A stretch of DNA of 40,006 nucleotides from Clostridia bacterium (GTDB lineage: Bacteria > Bacillota > Clostridia > UMGS1883): NCBI GenBank assembly GCA_045580605.1, contig JAZNOC010000035.1, positions 1 to 40,006 of the forward strand. Direction: 5' to 3'. Shown here in pieces: positions 25,683-34,681 of the stretch. Each line of letters begins with the position of its first letter. Position 1 is the first letter of the stretch. Below the pieces are notes generated by a model that saw nothing but the letters and a program-made list of their open reading frames with translations, did not search any database and was not told the DNA's origin. The position numbers were made by a program, and so were the translations under genes.

Positions 25683-27668
25683 TTAGCTGATGTCTGTTAA
25701 TTCAATATATTGTCTGCCGTTTTGTGCTATATGGTCTTTTCTGCCCTGAAGATTATCGCCAAGAAGTAAGTCAAACACTTCGGCAGTTTTTTCTGCCTCC
25801 TCAGGCATTACCTTAATAAGTCTGCGTGTTTCAGGGTTCATTGTGGTTTGCCACATCATATCAGGCTGGTTTTCACCAAGACCTTTACTTCTTTGGATTG
25901 TTACTCCTCTTTCGGGAAGCTCAGCAAGAATTTCAAGCTTTTCCTTTTCCGTATAGGCAAAGTAGGAAGTGTCCTTGTGCGTTATTTCAAAAAGCGGTGA
26001 TTCTGCGATAAACACCTTGCCCTCTTCTATAAGAGAGGGGACAAGACGATAAAGCATTGTAAGAATAAGCGTTCTTATCTGGAAACCGTCAACGTCGGCA
26101 TCGGTACAGATGATAATTTTATTCCAGCGAAGATTGTTCATATCAAACGATGCCATATCCTTGTTGTGCTTTGTCTTGATTTCAACACCGCAGCCCATAA
26201 CTTTTATAAGGTCTGTGATTATTTCACTTTTGAAAATCTTTTCGTAGTCCGCTTTAAGACAGTTAAGAATTTTACCCCTTACGGGAATAATCGCCTGAAA
26301 ATTTGCATCTCGTCCAAGCTTACAAGCACCGAGAGCACTGTCGCCCTCAACTATATAAAGCTCACGCTCGGAAACATCCTTGCTTCTGCAGTCAACAAAT
26401 TTTTGAACTCTGTTGGTAACATCAAGGCTTCCCATAAGCTTTTTCTTAAGGTTTGTTCTTGTTTTTTCTGCCGTTTCACGACTGCGCTTGTTAAGGAGTA
26501 TCTGATTGCAGATTTTTTCCGCCTCAGGTCTGTTTTCTATGAAGAAAACTTCTATGTTCTTACGGAGGAAATCTGTTGTAGCCTCCTGAATAAATTTATT
26601 TGTGATGCTTTTTTTAGTCTGGTTTTCGTAGCTTACAACGGTAGAGAAGCAGTTTGTTATAAGTATAAGACTGTCGGAAATATCGTTAAAGGTTATTTTT
26701 GATTCATTCTTTGTGTATTTGTTGTTTTGCTTTAAGTAGCTGTCTACTGCACTTACAAAAGCACTTCTTGCTGCTTTGTCGGGGGCACCGCCGTGTTCAA
26801 GGTAGCTTGAGTTATGGTAATACTCAATGCACTGAACACTGTTTGAAAATGCAAACGCCGCACTGAGCTTAACCTTGTAGTCCTTCATATCTTCGCGGTC
26901 TCGGCCTGTGCGCTCACCCTCGAAAAAGGCGGTCTGGCAAAGCCTTTTCTCATCATCGGGGCACATTTCGTTGATATAGTCAACGATGCCGTTATCATAG
27001 CGAAATTCCTGCTTTACAATCTCACCGTCGTCCTTGTGATAGTTAAGCTTAAAGGTAATCCCCGCATTTACCACCGCCTGACGCTTTAACACGTCCGTAA
27101 AATATTCAAGCGGAATATTTATGTCTGTAAAAACATCAAGGTCAGGACGCCACTTTATTACAGTTCCCGTTGAACGATACCTTTTTTCTTCCTTAAAGAG
27201 ACCGCCAACGTTTTCACCCTTTTCAAAGTAGAGTTTATTTTCGTACCCATCACGGCAAACAGTAACATCCATATATTGCGCACTGTACTGAGTTGCACAA
27301 AGACCAAGACCGTTAAGTCCGAGTGAGTAGAGGTAGTTTTCGCCCTCGCCCTTGTCGTACTTACCGCCTGCATAAAGCTCGCAGAAAACAAGCTCCCAGT
27401 TGTATTTTTCTTCCTTTGGATTCCAGTCAAGCGGAATGCCACGCCCGCTGTCCTTAACCTCTATGGAAAGGTCTTGGTAGCGTGTTATTTCGATAACACT
27501 GCCGTAGCCCTCTTTAGCCTCGTCTATAGAGTTCGAGATAATCTCAAAGACGCTGTGCTCGCATCCCTCAAGTCCGTCAGAACCGAATATAACACCCGGT
27601 CTTTTACGGACACGGTCGGCACCCTTGAGCGCCGTAATACTGTCATTACCGTATTTGTTCTTTGCCAT
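25683..27668 (-). CDS. Type IIA DNA topoisomerase subunit B (ParE/GyrB-like)
   Basis: GHKL ATPase motifs FEIISNSIDEA, DSGRGIP and GLNGLG are present, together with QTK, the Toprim EGDSA, PVRGKILN and DADVDG. Length is 661 aa. Confidence 0.9.
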   Translation of the reverse strand: MAKNKYGNDSITALKGADRVRKRPGVIFGSDGLEGCEHSVFEIISNSIDEAKEGYGSVIEITRYQDLSIEVKDSGRGIPLDWNPKEEKYNWELVFCELYAGGKYDKGEGENYLYSLGLNGLGLCATQYSAQYMDVTVCRDGYENKLYFEKGENVGGLFKEEKRYRSTGTVIKWRPDLDVFTDINIPLEYFTDVLKRQAVVNAGITFKLNYHKDDGEIVKQEFRYDNGIVDYINEMCPDDEKRLCQTAFFEGERTGRDREDMKDYKVKLSAAFAFSNSVQCIEYYHNSSYLEHGGAPDKAARSAFVSAVDSYLKQNNKYTKNESKITFNDISDSLILITNCFSTVVSYENQTKKSITNKFIQEATTDFLRKNIEVFFIENRPEAEKICNQILLNKRSRETAEKTRTNLKKKLMGSLDVTNRVQKFVDCRSKDVSERELYIVEGDSALGACKLGRDANFQAIIPVRGKILNCLKADYEKIFKSEIITDLIKVMGCGVEIKTKHNKDMASFDMNNLRWNKIIICTDADVDGFQIRTLILTMLYRLVPSLIEEGKVFIAESPLFEITHKDTSYFAYTEKEKLEILAELPERGVTIQRSKGLGENQPDMMWQTTMNPETRRLIKVMPEEAEKTAEVFDLLLGDNLQGRKDHIAQNGRQYIELTDIS

Positions 27669-27686
27669 TATGGCATCCTCCGTTTA

Positions 27687-28538
27687 TTATTTGTTTTGTA
27701 TTTCTGCCGCTTTCACTGTGTTTTTCATAAGCATGGCAATAGTCATCGGGCCAACACCGCCGGGAACGGGTGTTATTGCCGATGCAACGTTTTTAACTTC
27801 ATCAAAATCCACATCACCGCAAAGCTTACCGTTTTCATCACGGTCCATACCTACGTCGATTACGATTGCGCCCTCTTTAACCATATCTGCAGTTATAAAT
27901 TTGGGCTTGCCTACTGCTGCAACGAGTATATCTGCACGGCGGCAAACTTCCTTAAGATTTTTTGTGCGGCTGTGGCAGATTGTAACTGTACCATTTTCGT
28001 GAAGAAGAAGCATTGCCTGAGGCTTGCCCACGATATTGCTTCTGCCCACAACAACACATTCTTTGCCGCTTACTTCTATGCCTGTAAGACGGATAAGCTC
28101 CATAACACCAGCAGGTGTGCAGGGAAGAAAGTCGAAATTGCCAATCATTATTTTACCCACGTTTACGGGGTGGAATGCGTCAACATCCTTTTCGGGAGAG
28201 ATTGAAAGCAGTACTTTTTCCGCATCAATCCCATCGGGAAGAGGAAGCTGTACCAAAATTCCGTTAATCTCTTTTTTGTGATTAAGCGTATCAATAAGCT
28301 CAAGAAGCTCCTCCTCAGTTGTGTTTTTATCAAGAGCGTATTCCTCGGAATATATTCCGCATGCCTCGCATGCCTTCTTTTTATTGTTAACATAAATTCT
28401 GCTTGCACTGTCGTCGCCTACGATAATAACCGCAAGTCCAACATTAATGCCTTTTTGACGAAGTGCCTCTGTTTCCTTTGCGAGATTCTCCTTTATTTGT
28501 GCGGAAAGTGTTTTTCCGTCGAGTATTTGTGCTGCCAT
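27687..28538 (-). CDS. folD: Bifunctional 5,10-methylene-THF dehydrogenase / methenyl-THF cyclohydrolase
   Basis: Contains ILDGK, ..VQLPLP.., [11 protein letters not shown] and [10 protein letters not shown]. The start at 28538 is preceded by AAAGGAG. Confidence 0.95.
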   Translation of the reverse strand: MAAQILDGKTLSAQIKENLAKETEALRQKGINVGLAVIIVGDDSASRIYVNNKKKACEACGIYSEEYALDKNTTEEELLELIDTLNHKKEINGILVQLPLPDGIDAEKVLLSISPEKDVDAFHPVNVGKIMIGNFDFLPCTPAGVMELIRLTGIEVSGKECVVVGRSNIVGKPQAMLLLHENGTVTICHSRTKNLKEVCRRADILVAAVGKPKFITADMVKEGAIVIDVGMDRDENGKLCGDVDFDEVKNVASAITPVPGGVGPMTIAMLMKNTVKAAEIQNK

Positions 28539-30336
28539 TTAAATTTCTCCTTTCAGGTTTTATCAAACAGTCATGACCAAAGCCGATTAAATCAGTTCGC
28601 CCTGCCTTTTCAAGTGCTTCTTTTACAAGTGAGTAGTTTTCCTTTCTGCTTGATTGAAGCAGCGCACGCTGCATTGCCTTTTCGTGCGGGTCGCGCGGAA
28701 CATACACACTTTTCATTGTGCGGGGGTCAAGCCCCGTATAAAACATTGCCGTTGAGAGCGTTCCGGGAGTGGGGTAGAAGTCCTGCACCTGCTCGGGACG
28801 AATTTTGTTACGCTTTAAGTAAAGCGCAAGCTTGATTGCATCGCCAAGTGTGCTTCCCGGATGGCTTGACATAAGATATGGAACAAGGTATTGCTCTTTT
28901 CCTATCTCTTTATTTATTTTATAAAATTTATCGCAAAACTTTTCGTATTGCTTAAGACCGGGTTTACCCATATACTTTAAAACATTGTCCGAGATATGCT
29001 CTGGTGCAACCTTAAGCTGACCGCTTACGTGATGCTCACAAAGCTCACGGAAAAAGGTATCGTCCTTATCACTTATAAGGTAATCGTAGCGGATACCGCT
29101 TCGCACGAACACCTTTTTAACCTTGGGGATATTTCTGAGCTTTCTCAAAAGCGAAAGATAGTCGCTGTGGTCAACCTTAGCATTCGGGCATACAAACGGG
29201 TAGAGACACTGCCTGTCGCGGCACGTTCCCGCCTTAAGCTGCTTTTCGCATGCAGGTGCACGGAAGTTTGCCGTCGGCCCGCCTACATCGTGAATGTAGC
29301 CCTTAAAATCACTGTCCCATACAAGCTTTTCTGCCTCAGCAAGAATTGATGCGTGGCTTCGTGATTGAACAACCCTGCCCTGATGAAATGTCAGTGCACA
29401 AAATGAGCAACTGCCAAAACAACCTCGCGAAGATGTGATTGAAAACTTTACCTCTTCAAGTGCCGGTACACCGCCTTGCTTTTCATAAACGGGGTGATAT
29501 GTGCGTGTGTAATTAAGTGCGTAAATCCTGTCCATTTCCTTTTGGGAAAGCGGGGGAGATTGCGGAAGCTGAATAACATATTTATCACCGTGGCGCTGTG
29601 CAATTGTCTTTCCTCGAACACTGTCTTGTTCGTAGTACTCTACTGCGGCTGCTTCGGCATATTTCTTTTTGTCGGTGCTTACCTTTTCAAAGGGAGGAAT
29701 TTCAATTGCCTTTTTCGGAACACTGTCCGAAATATAGCAAGTTCCTCTGATATTTGTTATGCGGTTTACGGGAATGCCCTCAGAGAGCTTGTCTGCAATT
29801 TCTACGATGGAGCGTTCTCCCATACCAAAGCTTAAAAGGTCTGCGCCCGAGTCAACTAAAATGCTTTTACGCACTTTGTCCTGCCAATAATCGTAATGGG
29901 CAAAACGCCTGAGGCTTGCCTCCGTTCCGCCGATGATTATTGGAATATTGCCAAATGCCCTGCGTGCCATATTTGAATAAACGATAACGCAGCGGTCAGG
30001 CTTTTTCGTTTCTCCGCCACCGGGAGTATAAACATCACTATGACGTTTTTTCTTTGCGGCAGTGTAGTGGTTAACCATCGAATCTATAACACCGCCGGAT
30101 ATTAAAACGCCAAGCTTTGGTTTTCCATAGCGTGTGAGTGCATTTTCGTCATTTATGTCAGGCTGGGCGCATATACAAACACGGTAACCGTGAGATTCAA
30201 GCACCCTTGAAATAATGGCAGTGCCAAACGACGGATGATCAACATAAGCATCGCCCGATATATATAAAAAGTCGTAGGATTGCCACCCGAGAGCAGTCAT
30301 ATCCTCTTTAGATATTGGCAAAAAATCACTGTTCAT
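28444..30336 (-). CDS. ygiQ: YgiQ-family radical SAM protein (UPF0313)
   Basis: N-terminus [33 protein letters not shown] is diagnostic. The radical-SAM cluster motif is CFGSCSFC. The start at 30336 follows GAGGAG and lies downstream of the predicted promoter, so the ORF-track start 30393 is rejected. The basic C-terminal tail overlaps folD by 95 nt. Confidence 0.85.
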   Translation of the reverse strand: MNSDFLPISKEDMTALGWQSYDFLYISGDAYVDHPSFGTAIISRVLESHGYRVCICAQPDINDENALTRYGKPKLGVLISGGVIDSMVNHYTAAKKKRHSDVYTPGGGETKKPDRCVIVYSNMARRAFGNIPIIIGGTEASLRRFAHYDYWQDKVRKSILVDSGADLLSFGMGERSIVEIADKLSEGIPVNRITNIRGTCYISDSVPKKAIEIPPFEKVSTDKKKYAEAAAVEYYEQDSVRGKTIAQRHGDKYVIQLPQSPPLSQKEMDRIYALNYTRTYHPVYEKQGGVPALEEVKFSITSSRGCFGSCSFCALTFHQGRVVQSRSHASILAEAEKLVWDSDFKGYIHDVGGPTANFRAPACEKQLKAGTCRDRQCLYPFVCPNAKVDHSDYLSLLRKLRNIPKVKKVFVRSGIRYDYLISDKDDTFFRELCEHHVSGQLKVAPEHISDNVLKYMGKPGLKQYEKFCDKFYKINKEIGKEQYLVPYLMSSHPGSTLGDAIKLALYLKRNKIRPEQVQDFYPTPGTLSTAMFYTGLDPRTMKSVYVPRDPHEKAMQRALLQSSRKENYSLVKEALEKAGRTDLIGFGHDCLIKPERRNLNGSTNTRRKNTFRTNKGESRKGNRGTSSKRH

Positions 30337-30360
30337 AGTTCTAACTCCTCGAATATATCT

Positions 30361-30389
30361 ATTATAATATATTATAAGCTTTTTTTCAA
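30361..30389 (-). promoter_or_regulatory. Sigma-A-type promoter for ygiQ-folD-topoisomerase B
   Basis: On the minus strand: TTGAAA (30389-30384), a 17-nt spacer, then TATAAT (30366-30361). Confidence 0.55.
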
Positions 30390-30504
30390 GCATAAATATT
30401 TAATGAAAGACCAAATAAGACAAAGAATGACAAAGCCTTTCATTGAATAGAAATGGAAAATAGTGTAAAATATCTAAGATGCATTATAATCAGGAGGGAA
30501 TTAA

Positions 30505-30816
30505 ATGGCAGAGCCTACATACTTAATAACAAATGAAACTGAAAACGAGCTTGGCGACAGAGTAGTATTATATTACTATGTTATAGAGTCAAAGCCGAAG
30601 CAAAATGAATTTAACTCCAAAACCTACGGAATAGGAATAGATATGTACACGCAGCTTCCCGGTCAGAGAACACTTAAAGAGAAAAAATATATTGAAGATG
30701 TTTTTACTAATGAGAAGGACGCAAAGAAAATGACAGATATACTTTGCAGGGGGTGTGTAACGCCTGTTACGCTCAAAGATGTGTTGTATGACAGACTATC
30801 TCAGGCAGCAATTTGA
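30505..30816 (+). CDS. Hypothetical 103-aa protein
   Basis: RBS AGGAGGGA lies before the ATG. No transmembrane helix and no recognisable catalytic motif. The C-terminus is ..ILCRGCVTPVTLKDVLYD... Confidence 0.55.
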   Translation: MAEPTYLITNETENELGDRVVLYYYVIESKPKQNEFNSKTYGIGIDMYTQLPGQRTLKEKKYIEDVFTNEKDAKKMTDILCRGCVTPVTLKDVLYDRLSQAAI

Positions 30817-30959
30817 AAATATTTTAAAAAATTTGAAAATAATGCTTGCAATTGATGGTTTTTTGTGATAAAGTATTCAGGTAAAAAGCGGTCCTCTGCA
30901 TTCTTTCGTACGAACGCTTTAAAATTACCGCTTATGCGGGCAAGAAAGGAGTGTTTTGA

Positions 30960-31301
30960 GTGGACGTTTTAAAGGCGATTACTCAGGAACAAATCAGAAC
31001 AGACCTTCCTAAGCTTGAAATTGGTGATTATGTAAAGCTGTACGTAAAGGTTAAGGAAGGCGCAAAGGAAAGACTTCAGATGTTTGAAGGAACCGTTATT
31101 TCTAAAAAGCACGGTGGCATTCAGGAAACATTTACTGTAAGACGTCTTTCATACGGTGTTGGTGTTGAGAGAACATTCCCTGTTAACACACCCAGCCTTG
31201 ACCATATCGAGGTTGTAAGACACGGTAAAGTTAAGCGTGCTAAACTGTACTATCTCCGTGATAGAGTTGGTAAAGCAGCAAAAGTTAAGGAAAGACTTTA
31301 A
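30960..31301 (+). CDS. rplS: 50S ribosomal protein L19
   Basis: Contains ..[53 protein letters not shown]... GTG start 9 nt after AAAGGAG. Confidence 0.95.
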   Translation: MDVLKAITQEQIRTDLPKLEIGDYVKLYVKVKEGAKERLQMFEGTVISKKHGGIQETFTVRRLSYGVGVERTFPVNTPSLDHIEVVRHGKVKRAKLYYLRDRVGKAAKVKERL

Positions 31302-31310
31302 GAGTCATAA

Positions 31311-31341
31311 AAAAAGGGGCTGCAGTGCAGTCCCTTTTTTC
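31311..31341 (+). terminator. Hairpin plus T-run after rplS (possibly a partial terminator before lepB)
   Basis: aaaaaggggctgcagtgcagtccctttttt: a GC-rich stem with one mismatch, then T6. Confidence 0.6.
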
Positions 31342-31359
31342 GTTGAAAGGGTGTTTTGT

Positions 31360-31962
31360 ATGAACGATAATTTTGAAAACGAAAATATTGAAGTGGAAAA
31401 TGTTGAAGTAGAAAATAAAGAAGAACCAAGTCTTCTTAAAAAAGTACGTCGCGAGATTTTTGAATGGGTGCAGGCAATTGTTATTGCAGTTGTGCTTGCT
31501 CTTGTAATACGCAATTTTGTTTTTACGGTTGTTAGAGTTGACGGGCAGTCCATGGAGCCAACGCTTCAGCATAACGACAGAATGATAGTATGGCGCGTGG
31601 GATACGAGCCTGAGCAAAATGATATAGTAATATTTAATCCCCAGGGTTATGATGAAAATATATACTGGGTAAAGCGTGTTATTGCTCTTGAGGGTCAGCA
31701 CGTTACTATTGATTACTCCGAAAACGCAGTTTATGTTGACGGCAAAAAGCTTGAGGAAACATATCTTGGAGAGGAAATGCTTCCGCAGCAAACTATCACG
31801 GATATAACTGTGCCCGAAGACCACGTTTTTGTAATGGGCGATAACCGAAACCACAGTACTGATGGCAGGGTAATAGGTCCAATTAAGAAGGATTCTATCA
31901 TAGGACGCGCAGTTTTAAGATTCTGGCCAATGAATAAGATTGAGACTTATAAACGAGGATAA
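31360..31962 (+). CDS. lepB: Signal peptidase I
   Basis: Transmembrane helix, then the catalytic boxes VDGQSMEPTL, ..YWVKRVIAL.. and GDNRNHSTDGR. I prefer ATG 31360, which lies after the terminator, because the ORF-track start 31237 overlaps rplS. Confidence 0.9.
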   Translation: MNDNFENENIEVENVEVENKEEPSLLKKVRREIFEWVQAIVIAVVLALVIRNFVFTVVRVDGQSMEPTLQHNDRMIVWRVGYEPEQNDIVIFNPQGYDENIYWVKRVIALEGQHVTIDYSENAVYVDGKKLEETYLGEEMLPQQTITDITVPEDHVFVMGDNRNHSTDGRVIGPIKKDSIIGRAVLRFWPMNKIETYKRG

Positions 31963-31966
31963 TATA

Positions 31967-32818
31967 ATGGATAATTCTATGAATATACAATGGTTTCCCG
32001 GTCATATGACCAAAACCAAAAGAATGATAGCCGACCAGATAAAAATGTGCGATTGTGTTGTTGAGCTTTGCGACGCAAGATGCCCGCAGAGCAGCCGCAA
32101 TCCCGACCTTCCCAAGCTTATAAACGGGAAAAAGGTGCTTCTTGTTATAAACAAGAGCGATATTGCCGACCCTGTAGCAACACAAAAGTGGCTTGAGAGG
32201 TTTAAAAACAGTGGAATAAATGCTGTAGCGATAAGCTGCAATGACGCTAAAGGAACGGCGAAAATCATTGATGAAGTAAAAAAACTGCTGAAAGAAAAAA
32301 TTGAACACGACCGCAGCCGTGGATTTGTTAACAGGTCAATTAAAATTATGATTTGCGGAATTCCAAACGTGGGCAAAAGTTCATTTATAAATAAGCTTTG
32401 CGGAAAGGCGGCTGCAAAGGCGGGGGATAGACCGGGCGTTACAAGAGGTAAGCAGTGGATATCGCTCAGAAATGGTATGGAGCTTCTCGACACCCCCGGT
32501 ATTTTGTGGCCGAAGTTTGAAGATAAAAACGTAGCACTCAAGCTTGCGTTTACAGGAGCAATCAAGGACGAAGTGCTCGACTGTGAGGAGCTTTGCGCAA
32601 GGCTTTGTGAATTGCTTGCCGAAAAATACCCCGAAAATTTAAAAGAGCGTTATAAAATCGAGCTTGAAGAGGGACTTACTGGCTTTGACATTTTAGAGAG
32701 AATTTGCCGCAAGCGTGGCTTTATCCTTAAAGGTAACGAGGTAGACCTTCTCCGTGGGGCAAACGTTGTGCTTGATGAGTTCAGGGGTGCAAAAATAGGT
32801 AAAATTACGCTTGAATAG
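31967..32818 (+). CDS. rbgA: Ribosome biogenesis GTPase A (YlqF/RbgA)
   Basis: Contains IQWFPGHM and circularly permuted G motifs (NKSDI, then GIPNVGKSSFIN, then DTPG). ATG 31967 follows GAGGA. Confidence 0.9.
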   Translation: MDNSMNIQWFPGHMTKTKRMIADQIKMCDCVVELCDARCPQSSRNPDLPKLINGKKVLLVINKSDIADPVATQKWLERFKNSGINAVAISCNDAKGTAKIIDEVKKLLKEKIEHDRSRGFVNRSIKIMICGIPNVGKSSFINKLCGKAAAKAGDRPGVTRGKQWISLRNGMELLDTPGILWPKFEDKNVALKLAFTGAIKDEVLDCEELCARLCELLAEKYPENLKERYKIELEEGLTGFDILERICRKRGFILKGNEVDLLRGANVVLDEFRGAKIGKITLE

Positions 32819-32825
32819 GTGAATT

Positions 32826-33449
32826 ATGAAAGAAGAAGAAATTCTCAGACTTAAAAATATGTGGAATATTGAAGACGCACTTGCACAGAAAGGGTACACC
32901 CTTATCGCAGGTGTGGATGAGGCAGGCAGAGGCCCGCTTGCAGGAAGCGTCTATGCGGCAGCGGTAATACTTCCGCACGGGATGTTGCTTGAGGGGCTTA
33001 ACGACTCAAAAAAGATTTCCGAAAAAAAGCGTGAAAAGCTTTATGAGGACATTAAAGCAAATGCACTCAGCTTCTGCGTTGAAACAGCTACTGCTGAGGA
33101 AATTGATGAGATTAACATAAGAAATGCAACGTATGTTGCTATGAACAGAGCAATAGACGGACTCTTAAAAAAGGTGGATTATGTGCTTGTTGACGGCGAC
33201 TGCATAAAGGATTGTGAATATCCGCACGAGTGCGTTGTAAAAGGCGACGCTAAAAGTGCCAGTATTGCGGCGGCATCAATCTTAGCAAAAGTTGAGAGGG
33301 ACAGATATATGCTTGAAATGGCAGAAAAGTATCCTCAGTATTCCTTTGAAAAGCACAAGGGATACGGGACTGCTTTGCATATTGCCGCTTTAAAGGAGTT
33401 TGGTCCGTGTGAAATTCATCGAAAGACTTTTATCAAAAAATTCGTCTGA
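32826..33449 (+). CDS. rnhB: Ribonuclease HII
   Basis: Contains GVDEAGRGPLAGSVYAAAV, NDSKK and ..ASILAKV.RD... Length is 207 aa. Confidence 0.92.
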   Translation: MKEEEILRLKNMWNIEDALAQKGYTLIAGVDEAGRGPLAGSVYAAAVILPHGMLLEGLNDSKKISEKKREKLYEDIKANALSFCVETATAEEIDEINIRNATYVAMNRAIDGLLKKVDYVLVDGDCIKDCEYPHECVVKGDAKSASIAAASILAKVERDRYMLEMAEKYPQYSFEKHKGYGTALHIAALKEFGPCEIHRKTFIKKFV

Positions 33450-33804
33450 AAAGGCTGTGGATATCGGCAAACACGGCGAGCAGATTGCAGAAAAAATATT
33501 GAAGAAGCAAGGATATAAGATAATTGAACGAAATTTCAACACCCGTTTTGGAGAAATCGACATAATTGCCAAAGATGGTGAATATACCTGCTTTGTGGAA
33601 GTTCGTATGCGAAAGACCGATACCCATGGAACGCCTTTGGAAACAATAGATGAATATAAAAGAGGAAAGCTCGTGCGTGCAGCAAGAATTTATGCTCAGA
33701 AGTATAGTCTGCACGATGCACCGCTTAGGTTTGATGCTGTGGCAATTATCGGTAATTTGCACGATTATAAGTATGAGGTGATAAAAAATGCCTTTGAACT
33801 TTGA
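33409..33804 (+). CDS. yraN: YraN-family (UPF0102) endonuclease-like protein
   Basis: Contains GEQIAEKILKKQGYKIIERNFNTRFGEIDIIAKDG....FVEVRMRK and ..RFD.VAI... The start is uncertain. GTG 33409 sits 10 nt after AAGGAG, whereas the ORF-track TTG 33400 sits only 1 nt after it. Confidence 0.8.
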   Translation: MKFIERLLSKNSSEKAVDIGKHGEQIAEKILKKQGYKIIERNFNTRFGEIDIIAKDGEYTCFVEVRMRKTDTHGTPLETIDEYKRGKLVRAARIYAQKYSLHDAPLRFDAVAIIGNLHDYKYEVIKNAFEL

Positions 33805-34681
33805 TGTGCTTGATTGCCACTGCGATACCCTAACCGCTTTGCATAATCAAAGAAAACACCTGAAGTACAGCGATATGAAAAGATACCGCCGATATATTCA
33901 GGTGTTTGCAATTTGTTGTGAATATGAGTGTTTTCCGTATCTGTTTGCAAAACGCCATACAGAAAAATTCAAAATGGAGATGCGGCGTGAAAATATTGAT
34001 ATTCTGCTTTCTGCCGATATGCTGAAAAATACGCAATACGGAGCAATACTTGCACTTGAGGGGGCAGACTGTCTTTGCTCAAGCCTTGCAATGCTCAGGT
34101 ACTTTTACAGACAGGGTGTAAGGCTCCTTACTATTACGTGGAATAAGGAAAACGGGGCGGCAAGTAACACTTTGTCGCAAACGGATGGCGGACTTACTGA
34201 ATTTGGGAAAAAGCTTCTCAGAGAATGTGAAAAACTTGGGATTGTGGTTGATTTATCGCACATAAGCGACAAAAGCTTTTGGGACGTATGCGAAATTGCG
34301 ACAAAGCCTTTTATATGCAGTCATTCAAATTCACGCAAGGTAAATCCTAAGTTTAAGCGTAATATTACAGATGAGCAGTTTAAGGAGCTTGTTTCACGAG
34401 GAGGCGTTGCGGGAATAACCTTTTGCCCCGATTTTATTGGTGGTGATATGGGAATGGCAGATATTCTCCGCCATATTGAGCATTTTTGTAGCTTAGGTGG
34501 CGAAAAAAATATTGGTATAGGCAGTGATTTTGACGGGATTCCCGCACTTCCTAAGGGATGCACGGGCGCACGATTTATGTACGAAATAGCACAGAAAATG
34601 CTTTCATTAAATTACAACGAGCAAACTGTAAGAGGAATACTTTTCGATAATTTTTATAACTTATTTGAGGGAATAATATGA
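33788..34681 (+). CDS. Membrane-dipeptidase-family (peptidase M19) protein
   Basis: Contains DCHCDTL, ALEGADCL, LTITWNKENG, VVDLSHISDKSFWDV, ICSHSNSR and GIGSDFDGI. Confidence 0.8.
   Translation: MPLNFDVLDCHCDTLTALHNQRKHLKYSDMKRYRRYIQVFAICCEYECFPYLFAKRHTEKFKMEMRRENIDILLSADMLKNTQYGAILALEGADCLCSSLAMLRYFYRQGVRLLTITWNKENGAASNTLSQTDGGLTEFGKKLLRECEKLGIVVDLSHISDKSFWDVCEIATKPFICSHSNSRKVNPKFKRNITDEQFKELVSRGGVAGITFCPDFIGGDMGMADILRHIEHFCSLGGEKNIGIGSDFDGIPALPKGCTGARFMYEIAQKMLSLNYNEQTVRGILFDNFYNLFEGII

Noticed and set aside
26166-28835. Long plus-strand ORFs (178, 243, 125 and 185 aa) opposite the topoisomerase B, folD and ygiQ genes.
   Set aside because: They have Cys/Phe/Leu-rich compositions typical of antisense frames and no RBS. 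The opposite-strand genes have unambiguous conserved motifs along their full length.
28444-30336. The radical SAM enzyme as a RiPP maturase for the small peptides in the window.
   Set aside because: The N-terminus identifies it as the widespread housekeeping-type YgiQ/UPF0313 family. It lies 8 kb or more from either small ORF, on the other strand, in an operon with folD.
31285-32565. Minus-strand ORFs of 189, 136 and 187 aa opposite lepB and rbgA.
   Set aside because: They are antisense to genes with clear catalytic motifs, lack translation signals and have low-complexity composition.
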